Notes under the pieces: generated by a model
The model's input: the letters and a program-made list of their open reading frames with translations, nothing else
Told to the model about the DNA's origin: nothing
Databases searched by the model: none
Part shown: positions 40,201 through 49,696 of the stretch, piece by piece
Layout of the letters: every line of letters starts with the position of its first letter
How positions within the stretch are numbered: position 1 is the first letter of the stretch
Assembly (NCBI GenBank): GCA_046732715.1
Contig: JBKPNQ010000004.1
Location: forward strand, 4,150-68,149
Origin: Acidobacteriota bacterium
Lineage (GTDB): Bacteria; Acidobacteriota; Vicinamibacteria; Vicinamibacterales; 2-12-FULL-66-21
Direction of reading: 5' to 3'
DNA: 64,000 bases
Translations under genes and position numbers: made by a program

Positions 40201-40787
40201 GCGGTCACACTGCCCCACACGATCAGGACCGTGAGAATGGCGACGCCGATCCAGACGCCTTGCGCCAATGACTCGCGCCGAAGTTCGCGCCCCACGCGTG
40301 CGTGGATCCAGAGCACCGCCATCACGGCAGCGGCAAGCACCGTCGCGAGATCTTCGGATCGAACCAGTCCAGTGAAACGCCACTCCGCCGTCGTCATGAC
40401 CGCCACGAGGTAGTGACCGACGACGAGACTGGTCAGCGACCCGAACAGCAGCCGTTCGACGAGTGCCGCGCCAGCGGCAATGCCTCCCGCCCGTGGGCCG
40501 AACGCGGCAACCACTCGGGCTTCAAAGCCGCCCGGCATGAGTAGCGCCCAGCTTTCGAGGTCGATCGCGCGGACGAGCGCGGCCAACGCGGTGGCTGCGA
40601 GAACGAACCAGCCGGCGGACTCACCCAACGCGGCCGGCATGATGCCGGACATGAAGAACGCCGCGACGCCAAGCTGCGCGATGACCAGCGCGGCAGCGTT
40701 CCTGACGGAAATGAACCGCAGGAGCGCCGGCGACGACAGGACGACTCGTATCGGGTGACGAGGCGGAATGGGTGAAAAGGGAGTCAT
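37257..40787 (-). CDS. mgtE: Fusion: APC-family permease + USP-like domain + MgtE magnesium transporter
   Basis: N-terminal multi-TM APC (LHARFGTPARAI), NILVPVRNP USP-like segment, then MgtE_N, CBS pair (VGRLMTP, LPVTD..GIVTIDD), PLIISSGGNSGSQ, DPAASSAPFVATLVDVTG; one uninterrupted ORF. Confidence 0.85.
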   Translation of the reverse strand: MTPFSPIPPRHPIRVVLSSPALLRFISVRNAAALVIAQLGVAAFFMSGIMPAALGESAGWFVLAATALAALVRAIDLESWALLMPGGFEARVVAAFGPRAGGIAAGAALVERLLFGSLTSLVVGHYLVAVMTTAEWRFTGLVRSEDLATVLAAAVMAVLWIHARVGRELRRESLAQGVWIGVAILTVLIVWGSVTAARGTSTPIPALASMPRSMVDTGWWLVDLIVTCALGIALTLPVIGGGDALARAAHEFPPPRVDALRRTGFVTVIFSLVVTTASTFLVVLLVPGADPSLWINAPLVGLAQHLAGAGWLRYLMSLGVAAAATLVVVPAAYTALRDSEKMLHRASTDGTLPSGLASLHARFGTPARAIDMTIVATILIIVATAGRVGWLARAYGFAIAVLVVLTAAALIRLRRTRQGATPFKTPGSVQTRKREVPLGLLAAAAVVGLCAFAMIATGDIATIASAVLIMAVAASITLGRRRAPADEAQADDGTSDLLRAVELSLDQIAARPGNILVPVRNPHALSHVVAALQAGGDRDVVVMTARLIDVDVSEDAVGQSTPTAYERRLLSDVVALAERIGRPVRLMIVPARNVIDAIVASVVRLRSSDVYVGESATLSAADQARLLGEAWERIEKPEPLDVRLVICHRSGRADSYHLGAHPPSLTSVDLDLIHRLWLDAVKAVGPHVHHHDVVRAALRQMEQQLSGPERDHAIAAIREIAQPAEELAAMLRGRDYARLRDVLRNRHAGDVAELLTSLSLEDQVIVFRVLPRKDAAAVFEYLSQEAKEGLLKTMAQGEVAELLNNMAPDDRTLFLEELPAEVTRELLALLTPAERSVAVSLLGYPEKSVGRLMTPQYLAVREQWTIQQVLDYVRTHGHDSETLNVIYVVDETGLLIDDVRIREFLLAPVDRKVADLMDRRFVALKATDDQETAVGVFRQYDRSALPVTDTAGMLIGIVTIDDVLDVAEATATREIQRIGGSEALDEPYMQVGFWQMIQKRAGWLTALFLGEMLTATAMGAFEKEISRAVVLALFVPLIISSGGNSGSQASTLVIRALALGEVTLRDWWQVMRREIFAGLSLGVILGSIGFLRITVWSAFSNIYGAHWLLVAITVGVSLIGVVLWGTLSGSLLPFLLKRLGFDPAASSAPFVATLVDVTGLIIYFSVALVVLKGTLL

Positions 40788-40995
40788 TCCGGCAAACGAC
40801 CAAGCGTATCGCTTGATTCGAACGATGATAGCCCGGGGAGCCGTCCTCGGAACCCCACGATAATCGTGCGACGACGAATTCGCCGACCCGGGGACCTCGA
40901 ACGCCCGGCTCTTAGCCGTCGGCTCGTGCCATGCGACAGTGAACGTCGTTGACCTCACATGACAAACTCGCCTCGTCGTGCGACGATCGCGCCGC

Positions 40996-42276
40996 ATGAG
41001 CACCGAATTCGCCTTCGAGATGGCCACCTCCAACATCCGATTCGGCTCGGGTGTGACGCAAGAGGTGGGGATGGACCTCGTCGACCTTGGCGTGCACCGC
41101 GCGCTGGTCGTGACCGATCAGACCGTTGCGCAGCTCGCACCGGTGCAGACGGTGCTGTCTGCGCTCGAAACCGCGGGCGTCGAAGCCGTGCTCTACGATC
41201 GCGTGCGGGTCGAGCCGACCGATGGATCGTTCCGCGACGCGATTCAGTTCGCCAACGCGCACCCATCTGACGGGATCGTGGCCGTTGGCGGCGGGTCGGT
41301 GATCGACACCGCCAAGGCGGTGAATCTCTATACGACCTATCCGCCGTCAGACTTCCTCGACTACGTCAACGCGCCGATCGGCAAGGCCCTGACGGTACCG
41401 GGGCCGCTCAGGCCGTTGATCGCGATTCCAACCACCGCTGGAACGGGCAGTGAGACAACCGGCGTCACCATCTTCGACTTCACAGAGCTCCACGCGAAGA
41501 CCGGCATCGCCAGCCGGCGGCTGAAACCGACCCTCGGAGTGCTGGATCCTGAGAACACCCGGACGATGCCACGCCAGGTCGCGGCGTCGAGCGGGCTCGA
41601 TATCCTCAGCCATGCGATCGAATCGTTCACGGCCCTGCCGTACTCGTCTCGCCCGCGGCCCACGAGCCCCGCGCTGCGTCCCGCCTACCAGGGATCGAAT
41701 CCGATCAGCGACATCTGGTCCCTCCAGGCGTTACGCATCGTCGCCAGCTGTCTGATCTCTTCTGTCGAGGATCCCGGCAACGACGAGGCCAGGGCGCAGA
41801 TGATTCTGGCTGCGTCGTATGCGGGCGTGGGATTCGGTAATGCGGGTGTGCACCTGCCGCACGGGATGTCATACGCGGTGTCGGGCCAGGTGAAGGATTT
41901 CCGATTGCCCGGATATCCATCCGATCATCCGCTTGTGCCACACGGGATCTCGGTGATTCTGAATGCGCCCGCTGTGTTCCGATTCACGGCGGCTGCGAAT
42001 CCTGCACGGCACCTGCAAGCCGCCGAAGCGCTTGGCGCCCACGTCTCCGACGCGAAGGCGGACGATGCGGGCAGAATCCTCGCGGACCGCATCGTGTGGT
42101 TCATGGAGCGTCTAGCCGTGCCGAACGGATTGAAGGCCGTTGGGTATACGTCGACCGACATACCTCGCCTGGTCGAGGCAACACTGCCGCAGCATCGCGT
42201 GACGAAACTGTCGCCACGGCCCGCGGGACCGGAGGAATTCGCCAGGCTATTCGAAGAGTCGATGGTCTGCTGGTAA
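40996..42276 (+). CDS. Hydroxyacid-oxoacid transhydrogenase (iron-containing ADH family, ADHFE1-like)
   Basis: FEMATSNIRFG, RVEPTD.SF, GGGSVID, YVNAPIG, PTTAGTGSETT, RPAYQGSNPISD, GNAGVHLPHGMSY, PHG. Confidence 0.92.
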   Translation: MSTEFAFEMATSNIRFGSGVTQEVGMDLVDLGVHRALVVTDQTVAQLAPVQTVLSALETAGVEAVLYDRVRVEPTDGSFRDAIQFANAHPSDGIVAVGGGSVIDTAKAVNLYTTYPPSDFLDYVNAPIGKALTVPGPLRPLIAIPTTAGTGSETTGVTIFDFTELHAKTGIASRRLKPTLGVLDPENTRTMPRQVAASSGLDILSHAIESFTALPYSSRPRPTSPALRPAYQGSNPISDIWSLQALRIVASCLISSVEDPGNDEARAQMILAASYAGVGFGNAGVHLPHGMSYAVSGQVKDFRLPGYPSDHPLVPHGISVILNAPAVFRFTAAANPARHLQAAEALGAHVSDAKADDAGRILADRIVWFMERLAVPNGLKAVGYTSTDIPRLVEATLPQHRVTKLSPRPAGPEEFARLFEESMVCW

Positions 42277-42285
42277 CGAAGATAG

Positions 42286-42359
42286 GTTCTGCAAAGTTCT
42301 GCGAGGTTCGTTCTGGGTTCCACAAGGTTCGTGGAACCCAGTCGAATCTTTCAGAACCC
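42286..42359. repeat. Inverted array of GGTTC / GAACC units between convergent genes
   Basis: ggttctgcaaagttctgcgaggttcgttctgggttccacaaggttcgtggaacccagtcgaatctttcagaaccc. Confidence 0.6.
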
Positions 42360-43505
42360 TTACTGAGTGACGGCTCGCAGGGATCCGAAGAGACCGTGCG
42401 TCTCGTCCTGTATTCCGGCTGCAAAGTACAACGCGTTCTTATCGCCTCCGTTGCCGCCGTTGCCGAAGGCAATTCCCCACAGACCGTCGATGACGATCGG
42501 CTTGCCGCTCTCGCCGTTCAGTTCTCCGAGGTACTTCCCGGAATCCGGATCGAAAGCGTGCAGTTGCCCGTCGCCAAAATTGCCGACGATCAACGCGCCG
42601 CTGAATGCGCCAAAATCCGCCGGAGCCAGAGCGAGCCCCCACGGAGCCCTGAGATGGTTGCCTTCGATCAGCCGCTGGAGCAGATGGCCGCTGGTGTCGA
42701 ACACATCCACGAAGCCCGATCCGTGATCGGTCTCCTCGTCGGGTTCCTTGTGACTCTGCTGCGCATAGGTCACGTACAGCTTCCCGGCGATGTTCTGGAT
42801 GTTGAAGATGGAATAGCTGCTCGGAATGTTGGGATCGCTGAATGACCCATCGAGCGTAGCCGGCTTGAACGCCCCGTCGTACACGTCGATTTTGCCGTGT
42901 TCGAAGTCAGCGGCGTACAGGTACGTGGTCGTGCCGCCTTGTCCGTTGCTGACCTGCCCGATGGCCAGGCCGGTATACACGGCATCGCCGGTGGCACCCA
43001 CCTGGGCCTGCTTTGATCCGGCGGCCGGGACATTCGTATTCCAGCCACTGATGATGCCCACCTGTGAAGCAAACAGAAATGCAGCTCGACCGCTTGCCGA
43101 ACCGGATTTCACGATGAAGTCAGTGGACGCGCCGGTGTTGAACACAGTGCCTGTCGGCAATCCGCCAGGGATGGTGACGACCAACGCGTTCTTGGTTAGC
43201 GGTACGGGCGGCGTGTTACCCGGGTGGTCTCCAGCATAGAGCGTGGCTGTGCCACTGCCGTTGTTCGCAACCCAGAACGGGCTGCCACCGCTCATGCTGA
43301 TCCCCCACGGGTTGACGAGGTCAGGATCCTGAATGAGGGCCATGCCTGGCAGATCGGAAACCAGGTTTGTCTGCTGATACGCGTTCGACACCGCCGCAGC
43401 ATGGGCGGGTCTGGTCAATGCGAAGGGGAGCAGTGCGATTGTCAGCGCGGCGAGCGCACCGATGCCGGCCACTGCGATCCGATTCCGCACGCCAATGATG
43501 TTCAT
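42360..43505 (-). CDS. TIGR03118 family secreted protein
   Basis: YQQTNLVSD, DPDLVNPWGI, PFWVANNG, PTGTVFN, YTGLAI, APWGLALAP, VGNFGDG, IDGLWG, HGLFG. Confidence 0.9.
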   Translation of the reverse strand: MNIIGVRNRIAVAGIGALAALTIALLPFALTRPAHAAAVSNAYQQTNLVSDLPGMALIQDPDLVNPWGISMSGGSPFWVANNGSGTATLYAGDHPGNTPPVPLTKNALVVTIPGGLPTGTVFNTGASTDFIVKSGSASGRAAFLFASQVGIISGWNTNVPAAGSKQAQVGATGDAVYTGLAIGQVSNGQGGTTTYLYAADFEHGKIDVYDGAFKPATLDGSFSDPNIPSSYSIFNIQNIAGKLYVTYAQQSHKEPDEETDHGSGFVDVFDTSGHLLQRLIEGNHLRAPWGLALAPADFGAFSGALIVGNFGDGQLHAFDPDSGKYLGELNGESGKPIVIDGLWGIAFGNGGNGGDKNALYFAAGIQDETHGLFGSLRAVTQ

Positions 43506-43641
43506 GAAAATCTCCTCTCGTTTAGGCGGTCGAAGCGTCCTCCTGAGGGCCAGCCTACACCCGGCGAGCAGCAAGCGGAACTCGGAACTCAAACAGAGGG
43601 GGATTTCGGGAGGGATCGCGTACCGAACTTCTGACACTTCC

Positions 43642-43670
43642 ATTATACCGGTCTGTCAATCAGGCACCAA
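43642..43670 (-). promoter_or_regulatory. Putative sigma70 promoter of the TIGR03118 gene
   Basis: Minus strand TTGGTG-N17-TATAAT with an AT-rich tract upstream (43674-43710). Confidence 0.45.
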
Positions 43671-43757
43671 GCGAAAAATTCACTTAACCGATTAAAAAAT
43701 AAAGAGTTACAGGTTCTGGTTGTCGTGCTACTTTGGTCGGCCCGGAGGTCCGACTGC

Positions 43758-45446
43758 ATGCCTACGAACGCGCTGGATCAGCAGAGGCCGTCTCAGTTGC
43801 TCGAACGTCTCCTCGATACGCCGAATCTTCCGCAGGTGGTTCGCGAGCTCGACCCGCAGATCTTGCATCGGCTGGTCCGCGTTGTTGGGCTCGAAGACTG
43901 CGGAGAAATCGTCTCGCTGGCGACTCCAGCTCAGTTGACCCGAGTCTTCGACGTCGACTTGTGGCGAAGCGATCGTCCCGGTCATGCCGAGAAATTCGAT
44001 GCGGCCCGGTTTGGAATCTGGCTCGAAGTCCTCGTCGAATCCGGACTCTCGAACGCTGCGCTGAAGGTGGCGGGACTCGACGTCGACTTTGTTACATCCG
44101 CGATCCTGCAGCACGTGATGGTCATCGACCAGGCGGCCGAGACCGCGGCCGCTGTCTTTCGGCAGATCGTCAACGACAGCCAGGAAGAAGAGGTGTATGA
44201 GCGGCCCTCGATCATCGAAAGAATTCGGGAAAGCGGTGCGACCTGCGAGATAGCCGGATACGCCATCGTCGCAAAACGCAGTGAGTCGTGGGACGCACTG
44301 GTCGCAGTGCTTGGCGCGCTCCATGGCGAGCATCAGGATTTCTTCCACCGGTTGATGAGCAGCTGCTGTTCCGTTTCGGCAAAAGAGATTGCAGACGAGA
44401 GCGGTTCGTACGAATTGCTGAATGCACCGGAGCAGCTGCGTTTCGACGTGGCCTTCGATCGCGAACAACGCCGCGAAGGGCAGGGCTATGTCACCGCCCC
44501 GCAGGCTTCGGCGTTTCTGCAGTCGGCAAGACGTATTGCGCTTCGAGCCGACGCCGCGCCAGCCCGCGATGACCTGACGCGAGCCTATTTTCGTGAGCTC
44601 GAACGCCAGCCGCGATGGAGCGAACGCGAGTCAGCGGCGCCGTCGCAAAACTCCGGGCCGTCGCCCCAGTCAGAGCCTGGAATGGCGAGCTTCATGGAAA
44701 CGCTGCGCGAGGCTGGCGTGGTGGCGGATGCACCGCGTGCGCTTCTTGCTGGCGACGTCGCTGCCAACGCTCGTCGCTCGACGCTTACCGAACACTTGCA
44801 GTTCGTCAGCGAACACGATGAGGATGCATTCACGAGACGCAACGAGGAACTCGGCTATCTCGCCAACGTGCTCGTCTCTGGCTGCTCGTTCAATTCGGCT
44901 GAATTCAGCTCTGCCGCCGCCCAGGACGCCGTCGTGGCGACGTGCAATCTCGGCCTGGAGAACTGGCCGCGGCAATGGCGTGACGTGTCAAAGGCCGCGG
45001 AGGCTGACACGTTGCTACCGCCGAATTTTTTGCTGCGCCACGATCTCGTCACGGTGTTCAAGGTGGGATGGACTGTACTTTTCGAACAGGTGGTGGTTTA
45101 CGTGACCCGGCGCGTGATTGAGATCCTGTCAGAGTTGTCGTCGGACGATAGCGATCTGCATAGCGATCTGCGCGAGGTGTGCCGGAAGCTGCACGCGTCT
45201 CTCCGCGCCGGGACTCCGTGGTCTGCCCGCGATCACCTCGACGTCATCGCGATTCTCGACACCCCGTCGTGGGCCATGCTGCTTCGATTGCTCGACGAGT
45301 GCCCGGTGCTTTCTGCCGATCTCGACACGAAAACTTCCGGCCGCGGCCTCAGAGTATCGACCGATTTCTCGTTCATCTCCGAGAATCGCCAGATTGCAAG
45401 AGTGCACCAATTCATCGAAGAACTGCCTGACAGGTTAGTGGGATGA
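43758..45446 (+). CDS. Hypothetical protein, DUF6178-like
   Basis: GGAGG RBS; LHRLVRVVGLEDCGEIVSLATPAQL..FDVDLW, RREGQGYV, ELGYLANVL; family recalled from memory. Confidence 0.6.
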   Translation: MPTNALDQQRPSQLLERLLDTPNLPQVVRELDPQILHRLVRVVGLEDCGEIVSLATPAQLTRVFDVDLWRSDRPGHAEKFDAARFGIWLEVLVESGLSNAALKVAGLDVDFVTSAILQHVMVIDQAAETAAAVFRQIVNDSQEEEVYERPSIIERIRESGATCEIAGYAIVAKRSESWDALVAVLGALHGEHQDFFHRLMSSCCSVSAKEIADESGSYELLNAPEQLRFDVAFDREQRREGQGYVTAPQASAFLQSARRIALRADAAPARDDLTRAYFRELERQPRWSERESAAPSQNSGPSPQSEPGMASFMETLREAGVVADAPRALLAGDVAANARRSTLTEHLQFVSEHDEDAFTRRNEELGYLANVLVSGCSFNSAEFSSAAAQDAVVATCNLGLENWPRQWRDVSKAAEADTLLPPNFLLRHDLVTVFKVGWTVLFEQVVVYVTRRVIEILSELSSDDSDLHSDLREVCRKLHASLRAGTPWSARDHLDVIAILDTPSWAMLLRLLDECPVLSADLDTKTSGRGLRVSTDFSFISENRQIARVHQFIEELPDRLVG

Positions 45447-45456
45447 GGCTGCGCTC

Positions 45457-46752
45457 CTACTTTGGCATCCACCGCGTACGCAGAACGGTCTGTCCTGTCG
45501 ACCCACTCGTCCACGCGATCACCGTGCCGCCGTCGGTGACCGCAACAACGGGATAGGTGGCCGGAGCCGCATCGTCGATTGGCTGCCGAACGAGTTGCGC
45601 GGCGCCGGAGCGGTTGACGTCGCCGCGGGCAAGCACAACGCGGCGCACGCCGGGCGCCTGCTCCTCCCACACGACGACGATCTCTCTCTTCGCCGTTACC
45701 GCGACCTGAGCATGACGGGGCAGCCCTTCCGTTGGTAACGGTTGCCGTGGCGTGAAGTGGACGCCGTCCTGCGACGTCGCGTAGAACATTCCTAAGGCCG
45801 GCTCGGTTGACGACGATCCGCCGGGGACGAGCGTCGGCCAGACCACGTGAACCCGCTTCTGCTGATCGACGGCAAGGGCCGGGCCATTCTCGGGACATCC
45901 GTCGAGCACCCACTTGTCCTCGCTCACCCGCACCGGTGCGCTGAACGATCGGCCGCCATCGAATGACCGGCTGAACGCGATGTCACGGATGTTGCCGTCG
46001 TACACGTGACGCCACGCCGCGTAGACGCCTCCGTCGGCATCGGTCGCGATCGACGTCTTGCAGCAGTAGCAGACGCCGCCTGTCAGCGCGCGTGCACTGT
46101 CGCGGCTGTCGAGCCTCGCGAAGAAGAGCTTCGAGAGCTGTGCGCGCGCGACTCCCTCCGTCTTGTTCACGCCCGATGCGGCGTGCTGATGCTCCGCGTG
46201 GTTCATCGCTGTTCCGCCAGCCACGGCCAGGCTGCGATGATCGAGCCACATGGCAACGACGGAGCCGTCGCCACTGGTGGCGAGTGATTCCCATCCGCGG
46301 TTCCCAGGCGCATCGGTGCCCGGCACAGGCTGCGCCGCTGTGAAGGACTGTCCGCCGTTGTCGGATCGCGCAGAGAAAAGTCGGGTTCCCGTATCGCTCT
46401 TCGCCGTCCAGACGACGATGATGGCGGGATCGAGACTGGCGCGGTGGATGAGCGTTACCCGTGGTGGTTGCTCACCAGAGACGTTCGCCGAAACCGTGGC
46501 GCTGTTTACGCGACTGGGGGCTCCGAAGCTTTGTCCACCGTCGCGGCTGACCGAGGCGTAGACGCCGGTGACGCCATCTTTCGTCGCGCCCCACGCGATC
46601 GCTGCGAATCTGCCGCTCGCCGCAATCGAAGCGAACGCGTTGGATCGATCCTTTACCCCGATTTGCGTCGGCGGTCCGGCTGCCATTCCGGACGTTGACT
46701 GCAGCAGCGCCGCAACAATCAGAACCGGTCCGCAGGTTTTCCAGAGACTCAT
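45457..46752 (-). CDS. BNR/Asp-box (sialidase-like) periplasmic protein with Cys/His motifs
   Basis: Asp boxes SRDGGQSF, SDNGGQSF, SFDGGRSF, SQDGVHF; CYCCKT, GCPENGP, MNHAEHQH. Confidence 0.85.
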   Translation of the reverse strand: MSLWKTCGPVLIVAALLQSTSGMAAGPPTQIGVKDRSNAFASIAASGRFAAIAWGATKDGVTGVYASVSRDGGQSFGAPSRVNSATVSANVSGEQPPRVTLIHRASLDPAIIVVWTAKSDTGTRLFSARSDNGGQSFTAAQPVPGTDAPGNRGWESLATSGDGSVVAMWLDHRSLAVAGGTAMNHAEHQHAASGVNKTEGVARAQLSKLFFARLDSRDSARALTGGVCYCCKTSIATDADGGVYAAWRHVYDGNIRDIAFSRSFDGGRSFSAPVRVSEDKWVLDGCPENGPALAVDQQKRVHVVWPTLVPGGSSSTEPALGMFYATSQDGVHFTPRQPLPTEGLPRHAQVAVTAKREIVVVWEEQAPGVRRVVLARGDVNRSGAAQLVRQPIDDAAPATYPVVAVTDGGTVIAWTSGSTGQTVLRTRWMPK

Positions 46753-46769
46753 GTGATGGATCGTTCCTC

Positions 46770-49622
46770 TCAAAACGTCAGTCGCAGCCCGAATTGAAAC
46801 ATCCTGGGATCGCCGACGGCCGTGATCTCGTTGAACGTTGACACCGGGTTCGCCGGATACGCACCGCTGCCAAAATTCGTATTCCTGGTCAGGTTGTTCA
46901 CGCGATTTGTCACGTTGAAGCCTTCCACAAGCCCCTCGAGCTTGACGTTGCCACCGATCCGGAATGTGCGCGTCGCACGCAGGTTCAGCGCGAAGAAATC
47001 GTTGCCGATTCCCGCATTCCTCGGGATGAACGCCACGCTTCGAACATCGAAGTTCGCGGACGTCGTCGCTCCGTTCGCCAGTGGACGTCCGGTCGGGCCC
47101 TGCAGGCTCGCCACTCCCGACGTGATGTTGAAAGGCAAGGCCGAGTAGTACTGCAACATGCCGCTCAGCTGGAAGCCGTGGCTGATGTGGTCCCACACCG
47201 TTGCGGCGGGCGCCATCGACGTGTTCACGGTTCCGTTGACCACGAGTCGATGCCGCTGATCGTCGTCTGACCGGCCCCAGTCTCGCATGATGTCGGTCGA
47301 ATCGATTGGCGAACTGAAGAACGCTTCGCCGACGTTGTTCATCGACTTGGACAACGTGTAAGTGAGACGAAGGCTCGACCACGCCGTCGGTCGCTGCACG
47401 AACGACAGATGCGCGCCGTGATAGTTGGATCTGGCGGCGGATGAATACTGGCTGTTGTTTCGGTAGGAGGCGTTGGGCCGGCAGCTGTTGTTGGGTCCGG
47501 CGGCGACGCAGGTCGCGACATTCTGGTTGATGGACATGAGCAAATCGTCGCCGCGCACATATTGATAGCCGGCACTGACCGTTCGACCCACGCCAATGGC
47601 GTGCTCGACTTCCAGGCTTGCCTGCGTCGAGTGCGCATTCTGCAGGTCTTTGTCCATCGTCGTGAAGTCGACGAGCGTGGTCGTCAGGATCCGCGCCGGC
47701 AGAATGTTGGGGAAGGTCGGCGCGCCATCCTGCGTTGGGATAAGTCCGGCCACGGTGGGCTGATGCACGTTGTTCACGTCTGTCGTGTTGCCCGCTGAGA
47801 GAATCGCGTTGGCGACTGCGCGTAGAGGCACACGGTCGAAGAACAGACCGCCGCTGCCGCGAATGACGAAATCACGCGAGGCGGATGGCGCCCATGCGAA
47901 GCCGGCTCTCGGCGATACGTTGTTGCGATCGGTGTTGATCGGCTGCAGATATTGAAGATCGTAGCGCAGGCCCAGATTGACCGTCAGATCCGATCCGATT
48001 CGCCATTCATCTTGCAGGTAGAGTCCCACGTTCGGATTCGTTTGCGATACGACCGGATCCCCGAACGTCTGCGTGAACCCGCTATAGTTGCCAGCCAGGA
48101 AGTTGGCGAGTGTCGAAAACGAATAGCTGCCGCGAAACGAACGGGGATACGTGATGGTGTCGTCGTTGAACACGTAATCCACACCGGCCCGCAGCGCATG
48201 CGCGCCGGCCTGGTGTGAGAGGTTGTTGACCACCTGATACATCTTGTTCAGACGTCGTGTGGGACTGCCCGACGAGGTGCCGAACAACGCGACGCCAGCG
48301 ATGCTGACGGCTGGTCCTGTCAAATCCGTCGGCGGCGCCTTCAAGTCGCCGTAGGCAAATTGGACACGCGTTTCGTTGACCGTCTTTGGCGAGATCGTCC
48401 ACGTATTCGCGAGCGCCACGGAGTGGTCGGTATTATCCAGACCGGCTGAGGCGGTCGCCGCGTTCAACGCACCGGCCCCACGGGAGTTGTCTGCGGTGAC
48501 GTGATAGAGGCTGTATCGGACGGACAGCTGGTCGGATCCGCTCGCGTGATGATCGATCTTGCCGAGCATGGTCGCGCTGTGCACGGGATTCGGATAGACG
48601 CCCGTGCTGATGAGCGATCCCGGATACTCAACCGCCGCCAGCTTCGCGTTGATGACCGGGACATTCTCCGGCAGGATCGTGACGAGTCCCGTCTGATCGA
48701 GGAGCCGCTGTTCGAAGTTCGAGAAGTAAAACGTTCGGTTCCTGACCACTGGTCCGCCGATGCTGGCGCCGTACTGCTGCTGATCCATCGGCAGCGTCTT
48801 GCCCGACAGTGCATTTGCCGCGTTGAGATTGTCGTCGCGGATGAAGTCGTACACGGAGCCGTTGACGGCATTCGTTCCGCTCTTCGTGACGACGCTGACG
48901 TAACCGCCAAGAGCCCGGCCAAGCGCGGCTTGTGCGCCGGACGTGACCACCTGAAACTGTTCGACTGCGTCGACACCGAACGGTATGCCGCTCACGCCGG
49001 CCGCATCATCGTTTGCCGAGACGCCATCGACGATGAAGGTGTTCGACAGGTTTCGCTGGCTGGCGACGGAGATGCCTTGCCCAGGGACCGCTGACGTTTC
49101 CGCAAACAATTGCGCGCTGCCGAGATTGGTCGGCGCGACGCCGGGAACGAGCAGCGCCAGATCGAGGAAGTTCCTGCCGTTCATCGGCAAGTTCTGAATC
49201 TCGACCTGCGGTACTGTTCCTGCGATCTGGGTTCGCGCTGTCTCGAGAACGGCCGCATTGCCGCTCACGCTCACATTCGTTTCGAGCCCGGCGATCGCGA
49301 GCACGAGCGAAAGGTCGAAGGCCGAACCACCGGCGAGCGTCAGCGACCGGGTCAGACCGGCGAACCCCTGCAGACGAACCTTCAGTTCGTAGTGACCGAC
49401 CTTCAGATAGGGAAAGCGGAAACGCCCGGACGCATCAGTGACAGTCTCAGTCGTCAAGTTCGTGTCGGTCTGGCGGGCACGGACTTGGGCCCCTGGGACC
49501 GACGCTCCCTGCTGATCCGTCACGCGACCGCTGACGCTCGCGTAATCAACCGATTGCTGCGCGGCAACCGGCTGGGCGCACGCAAGCGCGGCACAGACGA
49601 GAACCGCCAGACTCCACGGCAC
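46770..49622 (-). CDS. TonB-dependent receptor (Oar-like)
   Basis: GGAGG RBS, signal peptide, NLPMNGRNFLDLALL, DAVEQFQV, TKSGTN, NLGLRYD, C-terminal RMFQFGLRLTF. Confidence 0.95.
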   Translation of the reverse strand: MPWSLAVLVCAALACAQPVAAQQSVDYASVSGRVTDQQGASVPGAQVRARQTDTNLTTETVTDASGRFRFPYLKVGHYELKVRLQGFAGLTRSLTLAGGSAFDLSLVLAIAGLETNVSVSGNAAVLETARTQIAGTVPQVEIQNLPMNGRNFLDLALLVPGVAPTNLGSAQLFAETSAVPGQGISVASQRNLSNTFIVDGVSANDDAAGVSGIPFGVDAVEQFQVVTSGAQAALGRALGGYVSVVTKSGTNAVNGSVYDFIRDDNLNAANALSGKTLPMDQQQYGASIGGPVVRNRTFYFSNFEQRLLDQTGLVTILPENVPVINAKLAAVEYPGSLISTGVYPNPVHSATMLGKIDHHASGSDQLSVRYSLYHVTADNSRGAGALNAATASAGLDNTDHSVALANTWTISPKTVNETRVQFAYGDLKAPPTDLTGPAVSIAGVALFGTSSGSPTRRLNKMYQVVNNLSHQAGAHALRAGVDYVFNDDTITYPRSFRGSYSFSTLANFLAGNYSGFTQTFGDPVVSQTNPNVGLYLQDEWRIGSDLTVNLGLRYDLQYLQPINTDRNNVSPRAGFAWAPSASRDFVIRGSGGLFFDRVPLRAVANAILSAGNTTDVNNVHQPTVAGLIPTQDGAPTFPNILPARILTTTLVDFTTMDKDLQNAHSTQASLEVEHAIGVGRTVSAGYQYVRGDDLLMSINQNVATCVAAGPNNSCRPNASYRNNSQYSSAARSNYHGAHLSFVQRPTAWSSLRLTYTLSKSMNNVGEAFFSSPIDSTDIMRDWGRSDDDQRHRLVVNGTVNTSMAPAATVWDHISHGFQLSGMLQYYSALPFNITSGVASLQGPTGRPLANGATTSANFDVRSVAFIPRNAGIGNDFFALNLRATRTFRIGGNVKLEGLVEGFNVTNRVNNLTRNTNFGSGAYPANPVSTFNEITAVGDPRMFQFGLRLTF

Positions 49623-49656
49623 GCAAACACCTCCACGAAAACGGCACTATTCCACT

Positions 49657-49678
49657 TCGAGGCACACACGTGCCTCGA
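49657..49678. promoter_or_regulatory. Stem-loop between the leader ORF and the receptor RBS
   Basis: tcgaggcac-acac-gtgcctcga, extendable by cact/agtg. Confidence 0.55.
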
Positions 49679-49696
49679 GTGCAGAGACGAGTGACG

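Noticed and set aside
45457-46752. True sialidase
   Set aside because: Asp boxes only; no RIP motif seen; Cys/His motifs and context favour a metal-handling role
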